Shown in pieces: positions 61,556 through 64,000 of a DNA stretch of 64,000 nucleotides (position 1 is the stretch's first letter; each line of letters begins with the position of its first letter). This DNA is from the human T2T-CHM13v2.0 reference genome, Homo sapiens, in assembly GCF_009914755.1 (NCBI RefSeq), contig NC_060930.1; one strand, given 5' to 3'. The notes beneath the pieces are model-generated. The model had not been told where the DNA came from. It did not search any database and worked only from the letters and a program-made list of their open reading frames with translations. Both the position numbers and the translations under genes were made by a program.

Positions 61556-62629
61556 AATGTTTTAAAGTGTGTTTAGGTGGTTATCTATAGTTGATGATGA
61601 CAAATGAGCACAGCTTACGGCTCTATTCATATCAATTGATCCATGCTAAAAATACCAGTATAGCTCCTATTGCAATATGTTGTGAGCATAAGAACAATGA
61701 CAAATTTAGGATGATTCAGTTACCTGAGCTGTAGCAAGAAAAAAATTAGCCTGTTTTTGAAGAATATAAGAATAAACACCATAGCTATTGTAATGACTAA
61801 AATATCTCTGACAGAATTACTATAATTTTCTTCTCTAAGAGAAATTCCCTACCGTATGATTTGGGGGTCATACTTGTAGTGCCAGAGATCAGTTTAGGTG
61901 GAGAGATAGCAAGCAAGTTTCATAAGTTATTATTACTTCCAAAGTCTAGCAGGAAAAAGGAACAACATCAGAAATAATTGATAGGGAAGGGATGAGAGAG
62001 ATAAAAAGAGATGGACTGGGAAGAATTTAATGACTCTTTGTGGCTTTACATCTGTCACAGTTTTTGTGCTACATTAAAGTTTCATTATTTTCACATTTTG
62101 TGCTTTCATATTTTTTCATCTCCTTCTTTCTGCTAAATTTACCAAGTAATGCAATGTAGATAATGGAGAGCTATTTCTGCAAATGTCATTGAATCTGTTA
62201 CTGGAAATGAATAAAGTGTTTCACTGATGCATTTCCTTCAAAATACATTTTCAATTAGCAGGAGATGATTTGTGTACAAAATATACTCTATAAAATTAGA
62301 TAAAAATACTTTAGTATGAAAAAAATGAAAACCTAAAGTCATGAATATGTGTATCTTTGTCTCTGTTTAATTTCATTGGATCAAATGATTGTGTCAACCT
62401 GCATTTACAAACTTTATTTTCTTGTAATATTTGGAATTTACCTAGAAATACACTCTACCTCAGCTCATTGACCTTTCACTTGACATGGCATGCATTTTAA
62501 TTATGATTTCTATTAATTTCACCAACAGATTAAAGATATGTTTTGTATGAATATTTGAGGGCATTTGTTGAATGATTTTCATAACCATGTATTTGCATAA
62601 TTATCTTGGAGTAAATCTTCATTCTGAGT

Positions 62630-62815
62630 TAAGAAAGAACAATGATTCTGTTCTGTTTCCATGACTGAATCATCATGTGACCTCTTGCAAGAACTTGCAT
62701 TTTTGGTGCCTTAGTTGACTCAAGTAGAAGTGAATGGGTTTTAATAGCTTGCCTTAGGCATGTTTGTCTCATAAATGTGTGGAGGCACGCTGTAACTTAA
62801 GATGCTGTTACTTCA
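62630..62815 (+). mobile_element. MIR fragment
   Basis: CATGTGACCTC..GCAAG..TGCCTTAGTT. Confidence 0.45.
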
Positions 62816-62917
62816 AACAAGCACTGAGCTTCTAGATTACTGTTGCAGGAAAAGCAGGAAGGAAGGGATCCACATCTTCATTCACCATTTCTTTCTTTTT
62901 ATGTTTTTATTTTTGTC

Positions 62918-64000
62918 TCATTTTTAAAAATTTTGAGCTCAGGGGTACAAGTGCAGGTTTGTTACATAGATAAACTTGTGTCGTGGGGGTTTGTTGTACA
63001 GATTATCGTCCAGATATTAAGCCTCGTACCCATTAATTATTTTTTCTGTCCTCTCTGTCCTCTCACCCTCCACCCTCCAAAAGGTCCCAGTGTTTGTTGT
63101 TCCCTTCTGTGTGTCCATGTGTTCTCATCATTTAGCTTTCACTTACAAGTAAGAACATGTGGCATTTGGTTTTCTGTTTCTGTGTTAGTTTGCTAAGGAT
63201 AATGACCTCCAGCTCCATCCATGTCCCTGCAAAAGGACATGATCTCATCTTTTTTTTTTTTTTTTTTGAGACGGAGTTTCACTTTTGTTGCCCAGGCTAG
63301 AGTGCAGTGGAGTGATCTCAGCTCACAGAACCGCCCCCTCCTGGGTTCAAGTGATTCTCCTGCCTCACCCTCCTGAGTAGCTGGGATTGCAGGCATGCAC
63401 CACCATGTCCAGCTAATTTTGTATTTTTAGTAGAGATGGGGCTTCTTCATGTTGGCCAGGCTGGTCTCGAACTCCCAACCTCAGGTGATCCCCCCTGCCT
63501 CAGCCTCCCAAAGTGCTGGGATTATAGGCATGAGCCACCACACCTGGCTGATCTCATTCTTTTTTATGGCTGTATAATATTCCATGGTATATATGCACTA
63601 CATTTTCTTTACCTAGTCTATCACTGATGGGCATTTAGGTTGATTCCATGTCTTTGCTATTGTGAACAGTGCTGCAATGAACATATGCATGCATGTGTCG
63701 TTTTGGTAGAATGATAATTGATATTCCTGTGGGTATATGCTCAGTAATGGTATTGCTAGGTTGAATGGTAGTTCTGTTTTTAGTTCTTTGGGTAATCACC
63801 ACACTACTTTTCAGTATGGTTGAACTAATTTACACTCCCACCAACAGTGTATAAGCATTCCGTTTTCTCCACAACCTCATCAGCATCTGTTATTTTTTGA
63901 CTTTTTAATAATAGTCATTCTGACTGGTGTGAGATGGTATCTCATTGTGGCTTTGATTTGCGTTTCTCTAATGATCAGTGATGTTCAGTTTTTTTCATAT
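62918..64000 (-). mobile_element. L1PA (approx. PA11-14) 3' end, continues beyond the window
   Basis: CAGGGGTACAAGTGCAGGTTTGTTACATAG..GGGGGTTTGTTGTACAGATTAT; ORF2 C-terminus in antisense. Confidence 0.92.
63251..63549 (-). mobile_element. AluSp/Sq inside the L1
   Basis: GAGTTTCACTTTTGTTGCCC diagnostic; TSD GATCTCAT(T)CTTTTTT (63241 / 63550). Confidence 0.93.

Overview
Repeat-dense, AT-rich primate genomic DNA. A full-length SVA retrotransposon points to human or another ape. The window is most likely deep intronic or intergenic: I can support no protein-coding exon, and the ORF-track entries I can assign are decayed L1 ORF2, Tigger transposase, Alu or SVA readthrough; the rest look like chance ORFs. 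Roughly half or more is interspersed repeat: about nine L1s (three with twin-priming 5' inversions, and one near-full-length L1MA carrying nested Alu, MER11 and ERV1 LTR insertions), eight Alu/FRAM copies, one SVA, about ten MaLR/ERV LTRs, a full-length Tigger1, MER20/MER44/MER5 DNA transposons, L2/MIR/MamSINE1 relics and a ~49-copy 34-bp AT-rich minisatellite. Repeat subfamily names come from remembered consensus sequences, not from a database search. Best leads: (1) a single TSD-bounded insertion at 55.07-55.51 kb joining a putative 3' transduction, an L1MA 3' end and an inverted U1 snRNA 5' fragment, suggesting twin priming across two different RNAs; (2) a strong recursive-splice-site motif (branch point, pyrimidine tract, AG|GTAAGT) at 37.48 kb; (3) the hairpin-forming VNTR with ordered variant blocks; (4) a unique block at 9.07-9.78 kb with faint Rab-GTPase-like motifs, a perfect 12-bp hairpin and a poly(A) signal.
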